Notes: a model not told the origin generated them from the sequence alone. Shown: positions 39,452 through 48,140, numbered from the stretch's first letter. The stretch: 64,000 nucleotides of DNA from a candidate division FCPU426 bacterium (GCA_963719085.1 CAVRAL010000001.1:992001-1056000), one strand, 5' to 3'. Numbers and translations are program-made.

Positions 39452-40411
39452 ATGGCCGAAAAAACAATCCTCCAATCCAAAGTGAAGGCGGCCTGCGCCG
39501 GCCAAACGCTGCTGGATTACGTCTCGGGGCGTTTCCGCTATCAAAGCCGGGATCATTGGGAAAAAACGATCGAAAGCGGGGATTTGACCCTCAATGGAAA
39601 AAAAACCTCGGCCCAAGTCCCGCTTCAAACCGGCGATCTTTTAGCCTATGCCGTGGTCCTCAATGAGCCTCCCGTCGACACCGACATCCAAATTTTACAT
39701 GAGGAAGAGGGCTTTCTGGTGGCCGTGAAGCCCGGATGGCTCCCTTCCCACGCCGATGGAAACTTCATCAAAAACACTTTCATCCATTTGGTGCAAAAGA
39801 CGCTCAAACAAAAGGGCTGGGGCGGCAAGGCCCACCTGGCCCATCGTTTGGATCGGGAAACCAGCGGGCTGATGGTGGTGGCGAAAACCAAAGACGCCCT
39901 CCGCCACCTGACCCGGCAATTTGAGACTGGGTTAGTGCGCAAACAATACCAAGCTATCGTCCAGGGCCTGGTCAAGGAGGATTCCTTCGAGGTCGGCGGC
40001 GCCATCGGCCTGGATCCCCAAAGCCAAATTTCCATGCGCCGAACGGTGGTTCCCTTGGAAACCCCCGGCGCCCAAAAAGCCTCGACTCATTTTGAGGTGC
40101 TCCAGCGGCTCGTCCAAAACACCTTGGTGCTTTGCCAGCCCCAAACCGGCCGCACGGGCCAGATCCGGGTTCACTTGGCTTCCATCGGCCATCCTTTGGT
40201 GAACGACAAGCTATATGGCCGCTCCGATGAGCAGTTTTTGGAGTTCGTTCGGGATTCCAAAGCCGGTTTGTGGGAAAAGGACCCCGGCCGGCGGCCCCGC
40301 CATTTGCTGCACGCTTCCCGCCTTGAGTTTGCCCATCCCGCCACCGGGAAGACCGTGGTTTTTGAATCCGAACTGCCTAAAGACATGAAATCATTTTTAG
40401 AGTCCGAATAG
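39452..40411 (+). CDS. RluA/RluD family pseudouridine synthase with S4 domain
   Basis: VKPGWLPSH, HRLDRETSG, TGRTGQIRVHL...GHPLVND.LYG and LHASRL.FAHP motifs. Confidence 0.93.
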   Translation: MAEKTILQSKVKAACAGQTLLDYVSGRFRYQSRDHWEKTIESGDLTLNGKKTSAQVPLQTGDLLAYAVVLNEPPVDTDIQILHEEEGFLVAVKPGWLPSHADGNFIKNTFIHLVQKTLKQKGWGGKAHLAHRLDRETSGLMVVAKTKDALRHLTRQFETGLVRKQYQAIVQGLVKEDSFEVGGAIGLDPQSQISMRRTVVPLETPGAQKASTHFEVLQRLVQNTLVLCQPQTGRTGQIRVHLASIGHPLVNDKLYGRSDEQFLEFVRDSKAGLWEKDPGRRPRHLLHASRLEFAHPATGKTVVFESELPKDMKSFLESE

Positions 40412-40541
40412 AAAACGCCTCTTTTTTCAAAGGAATCAGGGTAACGTTATCCCAATAATACCCTTCTTTTGTTTTGCCTTCTTTCTGTCTCCCTTTAGAA
40501 TGATGCGAATTATTAGCCAACTTTATTTGAAAGAAAAACCA

Positions 40542-40916
40542 ATGGACTCTGCCCAGTCGCTGGTCGCCTCCAAGGATAAAAGAAATCATCCTCGAACTAA
40601 TTGCCACATCCCCGTCAAACTCCGCAATATGGATCCGGACGATCTTCCCAAAGAGGCCAAATCCCTCCGGCCGCAAACACTTCAAACGTTCATCTCGGAT
40701 CTCAGTTTGGGGGGCGCATTCTTGGAGTTTCCGGGGGCGTTGAAAGCCGGTAAGCTTTATCACCTTCAAGTGGAGATGCCAAAACCTTATACCGCCTTGG
40801 TGGCTTTCATCGAGGTACGTTGGGCGAATGACAAGGGCGGGGGGATCCAATTCTTGGCCATCCAAGAAGAACGGCTCAAAGACCTCAAAAACTACCTGCA
40901 AACCCAGCCAGCTTAA
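40542..40916 (+). CDS. PilZ-domain (c-di-GMP-binding) protein
   Basis: KRNHPR (RxxxR) and DLSLGG (DxSxxG) motifs; VRW...GIQF. Confidence 0.85.
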   Translation: MDSAQSLVASKDKRNHPRTNCHIPVKLRNMDPDDLPKEAKSLRPQTLQTFISDLSLGGAFLEFPGALKAGKLYHLQVEMPKPYTALVAFIEVRWANDKGGGIQFLAIQEERLKDLKNYLQTQPA

Positions 40917-40935
40917 GAAACCACAACAAAAACTC

Positions 40936-41012
40936 AAATCCATTTAACAATGATGTCCCGGGTGTCTTTGACTTCAATAGGGGACCCCGGGGCATCATTG
41001 CTAAATGGATTT
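40936..41012. repeat. Long imperfect palindrome between convergent pilZ and cysK (possible bidirectional terminator or REP-like element)
   Basis: AAATCCATTTAACAATGATGTCCCGGG ... CCCGGGGCATCATTGCTAAATGGATTT. Confidence 0.7.
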
Positions 41013-41024
41013 TTGTTAGAGACT

Positions 41025-41981
41025 CTAAGGCTTTTTCTCGAACTCATCTTCCAAACTAAAATAACGCTCGCCCATGTCGCAACAGATCGTCACGATCCGC
41101 GCCTGAGGGCCATACCGGCGGGATAAGCGCAGCGCCGCCGCCACATTCGCGCCGGAGGAAATACCCAGCATCAGCCCTTCCTCCTGGGCCAGGCGTTTGG
41201 TCATTTGAAAAGCTTCCTCATCCCCGACCGTCACCACTTCATCCAAAATCGACCGATCCAACACCGGCGGAATGAACCCGGCGCCGATGCCTTGGATACG
41301 GTGCGTACCGGGCGCGCCGCCGCTTAAAACCGCGGACTGGGCCGGTTCCACGCCCACTATCTTTATCGCCGGATTCTTCGCCTTAAAGTAGCGTCCCACT
41401 CCGGTGATGGTCCCGCCCGTTCCGATACCCGCCAGAAAAAGATCGAACTGGCCCTGGGTGTCATGGTCGATCTCGGGCGCGGTGGTCTTGAAATGGGCTT
41501 CCGGATTGGCCGGATTGGCGAACTGTTCCGGCATAAAATAATCCGGGTGCGCCTCTTTCAAGACCCGCGCCCGATCGATCGCCGCTTTCATGAGTCCCGC
41601 CGCCGGCGTCAGGATCAGTTCCGCGCCATAAGCCTTGAGCAGGACCCGTCGCTCGTGGCTCATGTCTTCGGGCATGGTGAGAATCAACCGGTAGCCCCTT
41701 TGGGCGCAAATCATGGCCAAGCCGATTCCCGTATTGCCGCTGGTAGGCTCCACCACCGTTCCGCCGGGTTTTAAAAGACCCTTCGCCTCCGCGTCCGACA
41801 GCATGGCCAAGGCGATCCGATCTTTCACGCTTCCGCCCGGATTGTTGAACTCAAGCTTGCAAAGAATTTGGGCGTGGTCTTTTTCGGGGACGCGTTGAAG
41901 CTTTAAAAGGGGGGTTTTGCCGATGAGCTGGGTAACGTCGGCGGCCGCCGAAAGCCGGGGGGAATCTTGCGGATCGGTCAT
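41025..41981 (-). CDS. cysK: Cysteine synthase A (O-acetylserine sulfhydrylase)
   Basis: KLEFNNPGGSVKDR, EPTSGNTGIGLA, GIGTGGT, HRIQGIGAGF and GISSGA motifs. Confidence 0.95.
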   Translation of the reverse strand: MTDPQDSPRLSAAADVTQLIGKTPLLKLQRVPEKDHAQILCKLEFNNPGGSVKDRIALAMLSDAEAKGLLKPGGTVVEPTSGNTGIGLAMICAQRGYRLILTMPEDMSHERRVLLKAYGAELILTPAAGLMKAAIDRARVLKEAHPDYFMPEQFANPANPEAHFKTTAPEIDHDTQGQFDLFLAGIGTGGTITGVGRYFKAKNPAIKIVGVEPAQSAVLSGGAPGTHRIQGIGAGFIPPVLDRSILDEVVTVGDEEAFQMTKRLAQEEGLMLGISSGANVAAALRLSRRYGPQARIVTICCDMGERYFSLEDEFEKKP

Positions 41982-42652
41982 GGGGTGACTTTCGCGCCCC
42001 GGGCAATCAAATCCGCCGGGCATTTGGATGAGGGAAAAACCGGATGATGAAAAGACAAGCCCTCATTAAGCGAGGTGATCCAAACCTTATTTTCCACCGG
42101 GCTCTCGTTCGTTAATAGCCATTGCAAAAGCTCCGCCGCCGCCATGGCGCCTAAAAGACGCCGCGCCTCCGGGCTTCCCTCGTTAAAGGCTTTGGGATTT
42201 AAGGTCTCAAAACACTCAAAGCAGGGACCCGAGGATGATTGAAAGCGGGAGAAGAAAAGCGCCCAACCGCTGCCCGCGCACCAGCCAAAAAAGGCGGGCC
42301 GGGGCTTCAAACGCAAAGAACGATTCAGGCCTCGGCGAAGTTCCGGATCGTCGGTGAGGATTAACAGGGCCGAAAGATCCTCGGAGTCCCTCAGGGATTT
42401 TGAAAGCCTGAGATCGCTTTCGGGATAGCGCTTTTTCCAGGAAACCAGGTCGAACGATTCGGCGGTTTGAAGACGGATCGACGAAAGGCCGGAAGTCGTC
42501 AGGGCGAGAAGAGCCGCTTCCAAAGCGGTTCCCTCCCCCACAAGCCCCACGGCGGTTTGGGCCCATTTTTCCTGGCCCGCCTCGCCCACGGCCGGAAGGA
42601 TCACTTGGCGGCTGAACCGCTCTTTCCACTGGCTTCGGTCGGAAATTTCCAC
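41978..42652 (-). CDS. Degenerate ThiF/MoeB-like protein (retains RFSRQ, lost ATP-binding motifs)
   Basis: RFSRQVILPAVGEAGQEKW N-terminus and PCFECF present; GxGxxG reduced to GEGTAL; no SNLxRQ motif. Confidence 0.75.
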   Translation of the reverse strand: MEISDRSQWKERFSRQVILPAVGEAGQEKWAQTAVGLVGEGTALEAALLALTTSGLSSIRLQTAESFDLVSWKKRYPESDLRLSKSLRDSEDLSALLILTDDPELRRGLNRSLRLKPRPAFFGWCAGSGWALFFSRFQSSSGPCFECFETLNPKAFNEGSPEARRLLGAMAAAELLQWLLTNESPVENKVWITSLNEGLSFHHPVFPSSKCPADLIARGAKVTP

Positions 42653-42657
42653 CCGGA

Positions 42658-42903
42658 TTACTCGACGACGTCTTTTTCGATCGGGTTGACATCGATGCCT
42701 TGGCTCGTTAATTCAGCCAGGGCCCTCTTCACCTCGGCCTCATCCCCGCTGATCTCGGCTTGGACATAGCCGAACCCTTTGGTGATGCTGGCCCGGCGGA
42801 TGTTCATCAAAATATCGTATTTTTTAATGAGATGGGCCAAGACGGGCTCGGTGACCAAATTCGTCGGATAATCCAATTCAATGATTTTATTGATCCGGCC
42901 CAT
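42658..42903 (-). CDS. Stand-alone NIL-domain (ACT-like) protein
   Basis: EPVLAHLIKKYDILMNIRRASI...G...AEISG pattern of NIL domains; 81 aa. Confidence 0.85.
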   Translation of the reverse strand: MGRINKIIELDYPTNLVTEPVLAHLIKKYDILMNIRRASITKGFGYVQAEISGDEAEVKRALAELTSQGIDVNPIEKDVVE

Positions 42904-42960
42904 GGCGCCCTCGAAATTTTAAAAGAAGGAATAAAAACTAGAAGCTTTAACAAAACCTAA

Positions 42961-43139
42961 TTAACAATGATGGACGCGGATGAACGCAGAAAAGAAAACA
43001 TCCCGAATCCCAATATTTTTAAAATCTGCGTTTTCGCCGCTTTTCCTTTAATCAAGTTGTGGGAAGCGGCATTATCCCGCACTCATTCGAATGATATTTA
43101 ACAACGATTTGCGGGGCATCAGCGTTCATCATTGTTCAA
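42961..43139. repeat. Intergenic inverted repeat with periodic GATG arms
   Basis: Left TTAACAATGATGGACGCGGATGAACGCAGA; right arm reverse complement TTGAACAATGATGAACGCTGATGCCCCGCAAA. Confidence 0.7.
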
Positions 43140-43166
43140 TGCCTTTGAATTTTGGTAAATGGCCTC

Positions 43167-43448
43167 TTAGAACAATCCGCCCGCGATGGCCGGCACAATC
43201 GAGATTTGATCCCCGTCCTTCACCACGGTCGCTTCCCCTTGCAGGAAGCGGATATCCTCTTCATTGAGGTAGATGTTCACGAAACGGCGGATCTTGCCGT
43301 TCTCGTCGCAAAGGCGGTCCTTCAGTCCGGCGTATTTTTTTCCCAAGGAATCAATCAATTGAGAGATGGTGGCGCCGTCGGCGGCCACTTCGGCCTCATT
43401 ATTGGTCAAGTTGCGTAAGGGAGTGGGAATCAACACTTTCGCGGCCAT
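43167..43448 (-). CDS. MoaD/ThiS/CysO-family sulfur carrier protein with C-terminal GG-LF
   Basis: IPTPLR, IRRFVNIYLNEEDIRFL and ISIVPAIAGG-LF motifs; GGAGG RBS. Confidence 0.92.
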   Translation of the reverse strand: MAAKVLIPTPLRNLTNNEAEVAADGATISQLIDSLGKKYAGLKDRLCDENGKIRRFVNIYLNEEDIRFLQGEATVVKDGDQISIVPAIAGGLF

Positions 43449-43537
43449 GAACAGCCTCCTCAAGGATGATAAGTCTCTGGATTATGGACGAAGCGCGGGA
43501 GGATTTTCCAGTGGAAAATCAGGGCTTTTTTAAACGA

Positions 43538-44773
43538 TCAACGGCCCGCGGTGGCCAATTGGGTCTTTTCAAAAGCTTCCAGATTCGGCTGAATCACCGT
43601 GACTTTTCCCAAATGATCCGCGACCGCCTCTTGGGTCTTCAGTCCGGTTCCCGTGATATAAGCCACCGTCACCGCGTCCGGATCCAGATCGCCCGACTCG
43701 GCGAGTTTTTTCAAACAAGCGATGGTCACACCGCCGGCGGTCTCGGCGAAAATCCCCTCGGTGCGGGCCAGGAGCTTAATGCCTTCCACAATCTCATCGT
43801 CATTGGCCATTTCGGCCCCGCCGTTGGACTCCGCGATGGTCCTCAAAGCGTAATAACCGTCCGCCGGATTTCCAATGGCCAAAGACTTGGCGATGGTGTT
43901 GGGTTTCACCGGCCGGAAGGTATCCGTCTTGGCTTTATAGGCCGTGGTGACTGGAGAGCAGCCTTCCGCTTGCGCGCCGAAGACCCGCATTTTCTTTTCG
44001 GAAATGAGCCCCACCTTCACGAATTCCTGGGTGCCTTTCCAAATTTTGGTTAAAAGCGAGCCCGACGCCACCGGGACCACGACTTGGTCCGGCGCCTGCC
44101 AGCCCAATTGCTCGGCCGTCTCAAAAGCCAGGGTCTTGGACCCCTCCGCGTAATAGGGCCGCATGTTGATGTTCACGAAAGCCCATTTATATTTTCCGGC
44201 GATCTCGCTGCAAAGACGGTTGACGTCGTCGTAATTGCCGTTAACCCCGATTAAGTTAGGATCATAAACCAAGGCGCCCACAACCTTTCCCTTTTCCAGA
44301 TTGGAAGGAATAAAGACAAAGCGCTTAAGTCCGCCGCGCGCGCCATAGGCCGCCACCGCGTTGGCCAAGTTCCCCGTGGAAGCGCAGGCCAAGGTGTCAA
44401 AACCAAGCTCGATGGCCCGGGTCGAAGCCACCGCCACCACCCGGTCCTTAAAGGAGTGGGTCGGGTTGGCGCAATCGTTTTTCAGATAAAGATTTTTGAG
44501 TCCCAGCTCTTTGCCCAGCCGGTCGGCCCGCAGGAGGGGCGTGTAGCCTTCTTGCAGGGTGTTGTATTGGGTGCCTTCCACGGGCAAAAGTTCCCGATAG
44601 CGCCAAATATTGAGGTCGCGGGAACGGATCTTTTCGCGGGAAATGTCTTTTTTGATTTTGTCGTAGTCGTAAGCGGCTTCCAGGGGGCCAAAGCAAAACT
44701 CGCAAACATATTTCGCGGTCTTCTCGTATTCCTGGCCGCATTCCCGGCATTTTAAGGACTTCACGTAACTCAT
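43538..44773 (-). CDS. Threonine synthase-like PLP enzyme (Zn-ribbon N-terminus), SAM-I regulated; probable sulfur-incorporating paralog
   Basis: CREC...CEFC, NPTHSFKDR, CASTGNLANA, EGSKT and PVASGSL motifs; downstream of SAM-I and upstream of the sulfur carrier gene. Confidence 0.88.
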   Translation of the reverse strand: MSYVKSLKCRECGQEYEKTAKYVCEFCFGPLEAAYDYDKIKKDISREKIRSRDLNIWRYRELLPVEGTQYNTLQEGYTPLLRADRLGKELGLKNLYLKNDCANPTHSFKDRVVAVASTRAIELGFDTLACASTGNLANAVAAYGARGGLKRFVFIPSNLEKGKVVGALVYDPNLIGVNGNYDDVNRLCSEIAGKYKWAFVNINMRPYYAEGSKTLAFETAEQLGWQAPDQVVVPVASGSLLTKIWKGTQEFVKVGLISEKKMRVFGAQAEGCSPVTTAYKAKTDTFRPVKPNTIAKSLAIGNPADGYYALRTIAESNGGAEMANDDEIVEGIKLLARTEGIFAETAGGVTIACLKKLAESGDLDPDAVTVAYITGTGLKTQEAVADHLGKVTVIQPNLEAFEKTQLATAGR

Positions 44774-44807
44774 GATTCTTTTCCTCCGACGCCCGGAGCC
44801 TTTCACC

Positions 44808-44843
44808 AAAAGAAAAAGGCTTCCATCCCGAGATGGAAGCCTA
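44808..44843 (-). terminator. Intrinsic terminator of the SAM-I expression platform
   Basis: AGGCTTCCATC-TCGG-GATGGAAGCCT-TTTTCTTTT; upstream GAGATGGAA can pair with the 5' arm as an antiterminator. Confidence 0.85.
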
Positions 44844-44857
44844 GATTCGGATTTCCA

Positions 44858-44980
44858 TCTCTCATCGACCCCGGCCTAAAGCCGGAGCAGGAATTGGCAC
44901 CTAGCAATTCCCCCCCTACGGGGGAAATCCGGTTGCCGTGGTTTCATAGGGCCTGTCCCTCCACCACTCTGGATAAGAGC
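44858..44980 (-). ncRNA. SAM-I (S-box) riboswitch
   Basis: CTCTTATCCAGAG-TGGTGGAGGGACAGGCCCTATGAAACCAC-GGCAACC ... AGGTGCCAATTCC ... GATGAGAG matches the canonical S-box consensus. Confidence 0.95.
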
Positions 44981-44997
44981 GTTAAATTGTCCCAACA

Positions 44998-45026
44998 ATA
45001 GTATAAAAGTCGCCAGGCCCTGTCAA
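44998..45026 (-). promoter_or_regulatory. Sigma70-type promoter for the SAM-I leader
   Basis: TTGACA-17 nt-TACTAT. Confidence 0.7.
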
Positions 45027-45043
45027 GGGAGCCGGGCCGCGGC

Positions 45044-45523
45044 TTAAGCCTCCGCCACCGATATTTTCAAAATCTCGTACTTCAAAACACCCGCCGGAAC
45101 GGGAATTTCAACCTGTTCGCCGATTTTTTTCCCGATCAAACCCCGGGCGATCGGCGTGCTGATCGAGATTTTCCCCAGCGCGAAGTTCGCCTCTTCCTCG
45201 CCCACCAAGGTGTAAACTTCCTGCTCTTTGCTTTTAAGATCCTTCACCGTCACCACGCAACCGATGGACACATGTTCCCCGGTGATCTTCTCGTCTTCCA
45301 AAATGCGGGCGCGGGCCAGCTTGTCCTCGATCTCGCGGATCCGGGCTTCCAAAAGAGCCTGTTCTTGCTTCGCCGCGTCATACTCGGCGTTTTCTTTTAA
45401 ATCCCCATGAGCGCGCGCCTCTTCCAACGCCCGGGCGACCTGGGGCCGCCGGACCACCTTCAATTGCTTCAACTCATCTTGTAATTTGTCGCGGGTCGCC
45501 CGCGAAACCAGAAAATCAGCCAT
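45044..45523 (-). CDS. greA: Transcription elongation factor GreA
   Basis: ARAHGDLKENAEYDAAK and ISISTPIARGLIGK motifs. Confidence 0.96.
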   Translation of the reverse strand: MADFLVSRATRDKLQDELKQLKVVRRPQVARALEEARAHGDLKENAEYDAAKQEQALLEARIREIEDKLARARILEDEKITGEHVSIGCVVTVKDLKSKEQEVYTLVGEEEANFALGKISISTPIARGLIGKKIGEQVEIPVPAGVLKYEILKISVAEA

Positions 45524-45802
45524 AGAACTCTCCAGGCTTAGGATGATTACCAAAGGATAAGCCTTTGGTAACTAATTACCCGTCTTCGCTACGCTTCGCC
45601 GGGTATCCTGACGTTTCAAGAACGAAATCCGGCATAGCATTAATAACTAATTCCCGATGTCAGCGAACCGCTGGCGAAGCCGGATAAAAACCAGTCAAAA
45701 GACTTTTAAAGGCTCAAACATCCGAGGATGAGCCGAACAGGTGGTCTCTAAAGTATACCGGGAAGGAGGCCCTATCTTACAAGATTCCCCTGGCCGGCGT
45801 TG

Positions 45803-46261
45803 TTATTTTTCGTTCTTTTGGCACTTTTGGCAGAGGCCATAAAGCTGCATGCGGTGGGACGTGATTTTAAAACCGTGTTTTCGGCCTACCAACTCCTGCA
45901 GGGCCTCGATCTGGGGGTTCAAAAACTCCACATAGGTCCCGCACCGGGTGCAAATGAGATGGTCATGGTGTTCCCGCTCGAATTCCCGCTCATATTTAAT
46001 CCGGTCATCCCCAAAATCAAGCTCCCGCGCCAACCCGCACTGGGTCATGTGCTTGAGGGTGCGGTAAACCGTGGCGAAGCCCACATGGGCCTGTTTTTGG
46101 CGGGCCTTCTGATAAAGCTCCTCGGCCGAAATGTGGCCGGGATGGCCCAAAAAAGTATCCAAAATCAACGCCCGTTGGGACGTCAACTTCAGATGACGTT
46201 CCTTCAGATAACGATTAAAAAGATCGTATTCCCGGGGCAAGACTTTTGTGTTTTCTCGCAT
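45803..46261 (-). CDS. fur: Fur-family transcriptional regulator
   Basis: TSQR, HISAEELY, GFATVYRTL, HHDHLICTRCG and YGLCQKC motifs. Confidence 0.92.
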   Translation of the reverse strand: MRENTKVLPREYDLFNRYLKERHLKLTSQRALILDTFLGHPGHISAEELYQKARQKQAHVGFATVYRTLKHMTQCGLARELDFGDDRIKYEREFEREHHDHLICTRCGTYVEFLNPQIEALQELVGRKHGFKITSHRMQLYGLCQKCQKNEK

Positions 46262-46278
46262 GACCTTTTTCCGAGGGT

Positions 46279-46713
46279 TTAATTCAGCATGACCGGCATC
46301 AATACGTTGGACCGCACGACGTGCTGAAAGGCGCCCGCAATATTGTCCGTGGCGTCGCTCAAGGTTTGGAGGTAATCCTCTTCCACTTCCCGGCTTTCCA
46401 CCAAAAACGAGGTCTTCAAAAGTACCGACAGCTGGCCCTTGATGACCTTGGAAACCTTCACCATTTGGTTATGGAAATAATCCGGATGGTCTTTGCGCAG
46501 CCGCTTGGCGGTCCGGGGCTTGAGATACTTCTTTTGGTTGACCGCGATCGTGGCGATCATCTGGGCCAAGTGATTCTCCAGCATGGCGCGGTCCACCCGC
46601 TGGTTGTGGATCAAGCGCTCGATGGCCGTTTCCATAAAAGAAACGTGGGAAAACAATTCCCGATAAAGTTCCAGGAAATTCTCGCGCGTGTCATCTTCAT
46701 GCGACAGGCCCAT
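46279..46713 (-). CDS. Hypothetical helical protein
   Basis: 144 aa ORF with RBS-like AGGGG, codirectional and 17 nt upstream of fur. Confidence 0.6.
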   Translation of the reverse strand: MGLSHEDDTRENFLELYRELFSHVSFMETAIERLIHNQRVDRAMLENHLAQMIATIAVNQKKYLKPRTAKRLRKDHPDYFHNQMVKVSKVIKGQLSVLLKTSFLVESREVEEDYLQTLSDATDNIAGAFQHVVRSNVLMPVMLN

Positions 46714-46795
46714 GGTTTCCCCCTTATCCGGCTGATCAAATTATAACGCCCTCACTGTATGAAACAAGCCGTCCAAAAACAAGCCAACCAGGCCC

Positions 46796-47335
46796 TTAAT
46801 GGGCGGCCGGGACGGGCTCGGCCAAAAGCTGTTGAAAGAGCGCGGCAAAATCCTCTTCCGAATGCAGCCCGATAAACGAAGCGGCCACCTTGCCTTCGCG
46901 ATCGATAAAAAAGCTCGCTGGAATGCTGTTGATGCCGTAATCGGCGGCGGTTTTGTTGCTGGCCAATCCCGTGGGATAGGTAATATCGTTTTGGGTCAAA
47001 AACTGATCGAAAAGGCCCCGGGGAACGTTGCTGTTGATTTCCACCGAGAGCGCGAGAAACTCCACGCCCTGGGGATGATAGGTTTGATAAAGCTTAATAA
47101 GCGAGGGGATTTCCGCGCGGCAAGGCCCGCACCAGGTGGCCCAAAAATTGAGCAAGACCACTTTTCCCCGGAGTTTTTCCAAATTCGGCGAGTCCGGCAC
47201 ATTCAAAAAGTATCCGCTCACCTCCGGCGCGGCTGCCCTTTGGCTCGGATCCGTGACTTTAGGACCCGAACCGCCCCCGGCGCCGCAACCGGCCAAAAAC
47301 GCGGCCAAGACTGAAAGCAAAAATACCTTTTTCAC
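46796..47335 (-). CDS. TlpA/ResA-family thiol:disulfide oxidoreductase lipoprotein
   Basis: Lipobox LAGC; LLNFWATWCGPC; IP cis-Pro motif. Confidence 0.92.
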   Translation of the reverse strand: MKKVFLLSVLAAFLAGCGAGGGSGPKVTDPSQRAAAPEVSGYFLNVPDSPNLEKLRGKVVLLNFWATWCGPCRAEIPSLIKLYQTYHPQGVEFLALSVEINSNVPRGLFDQFLTQNDITYPTGLASNKTAADYGINSIPASFFIDREGKVAASFIGLHSEEDFAALFQQLLAEPVPAAH

Positions 47336-47358
47336 GGCGCCGCCTACTTTCCCATGGG

Positions 47359-48063
47359 TCAGAAAAAGCTGACATACTGGATTCGAAGGATCCTGGAGAA
47401 CAACGCGGCGTTATTGATGTCCCGGAAATCCACGCCCACCCGCAGGGGACTGTCATAGTCAAAAATACAGTTGGCGTTGAACTGCCAATCCTTCATCAAG
47501 ACATCGTTGAGTTCCAGGTTGAAAACCAGGGATGAAGTCAGGGCGAAGGAGGTTCCCCCAAAAAGTCCCAGATCATTGGACGTGTTGAAGTTATCGAACG
47601 TGACGGCGTTGACGCCCCCATGAAGCTGGATGAAACCGGCCGCCGGCATTTCTTTGCTGGCCACCACGTAAAAGCCCTTTTGAAGTCCGGGGAAAAAACG
47701 GCCGCCCGACTCAACCCCATAACCGCGGTTGTCGTAAGCCGCCGCCAAAGAGAATGGCGTTCTTTTTTCATCTAAAAGTTTCACTTTAAAAAAGAGACCG
47801 GGTGTTTGAATTTGAATTGTTCCGGTTCCAATGACGTTGGTGGCGTTGCCCGAAAAGCCAAACATGAAAATATCTTTAAAACCGACATCACCCCTGAGGA
47901 AAAGACCTCCCTGTTCATACATCCGCATGACCAGGTCATATCCGCCATGGGGCAGGATATAAGCCGTGGGGGCTTCCACCATTTCATAGTTGGAAGGACC
48001 GGTCTCTAAGGTGCCGGCGGCCCAAAGGCATGAACTTAAAGACCCAAAAACAACGATGAGCAA
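47359..48063 (-). CDS. Hypothetical exported beta-rich (outer-membrane-like) protein
   Basis: Signal-like N-terminus; PTAYILPHG; beta-strand pattern; C-terminal Phe. Confidence 0.6.
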   Translation of the reverse strand: MLIVVFGSLSSCLWAAGTLETGPSNYEMVEAPTAYILPHGGYDLVMRMYEQGGLFLRGDVGFKDIFMFGFSGNATNVIGTGTIQIQTPGLFFKVKLLDEKRTPFSLAAAYDNRGYGVESGGRFFPGLQKGFYVVASKEMPAAGFIQLHGGVNAVTFDNFNTSNDLGLFGGTSFALTSSLVFNLELNDVLMKDWQFNANCIFDYDSPLRVGVDFRDINNAALFSRILRIQYVSFF

Positions 48064-48140
48064 AGCGCGTGGGAATTTAACGGGAGACCTCCGTTTTTTA
48101 TAATTTTAAGGGCCAAAGGCCCAAAGTCAACCGACGGACC

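Noticed and set aside
45524..45800. Possible greA leader/attenuator with GCTTCGCC...GGCGAAGC inverted repeat
   Set aside because: Only an 8-bp repeat with no clear terminator or recognisable motif; insufficient support
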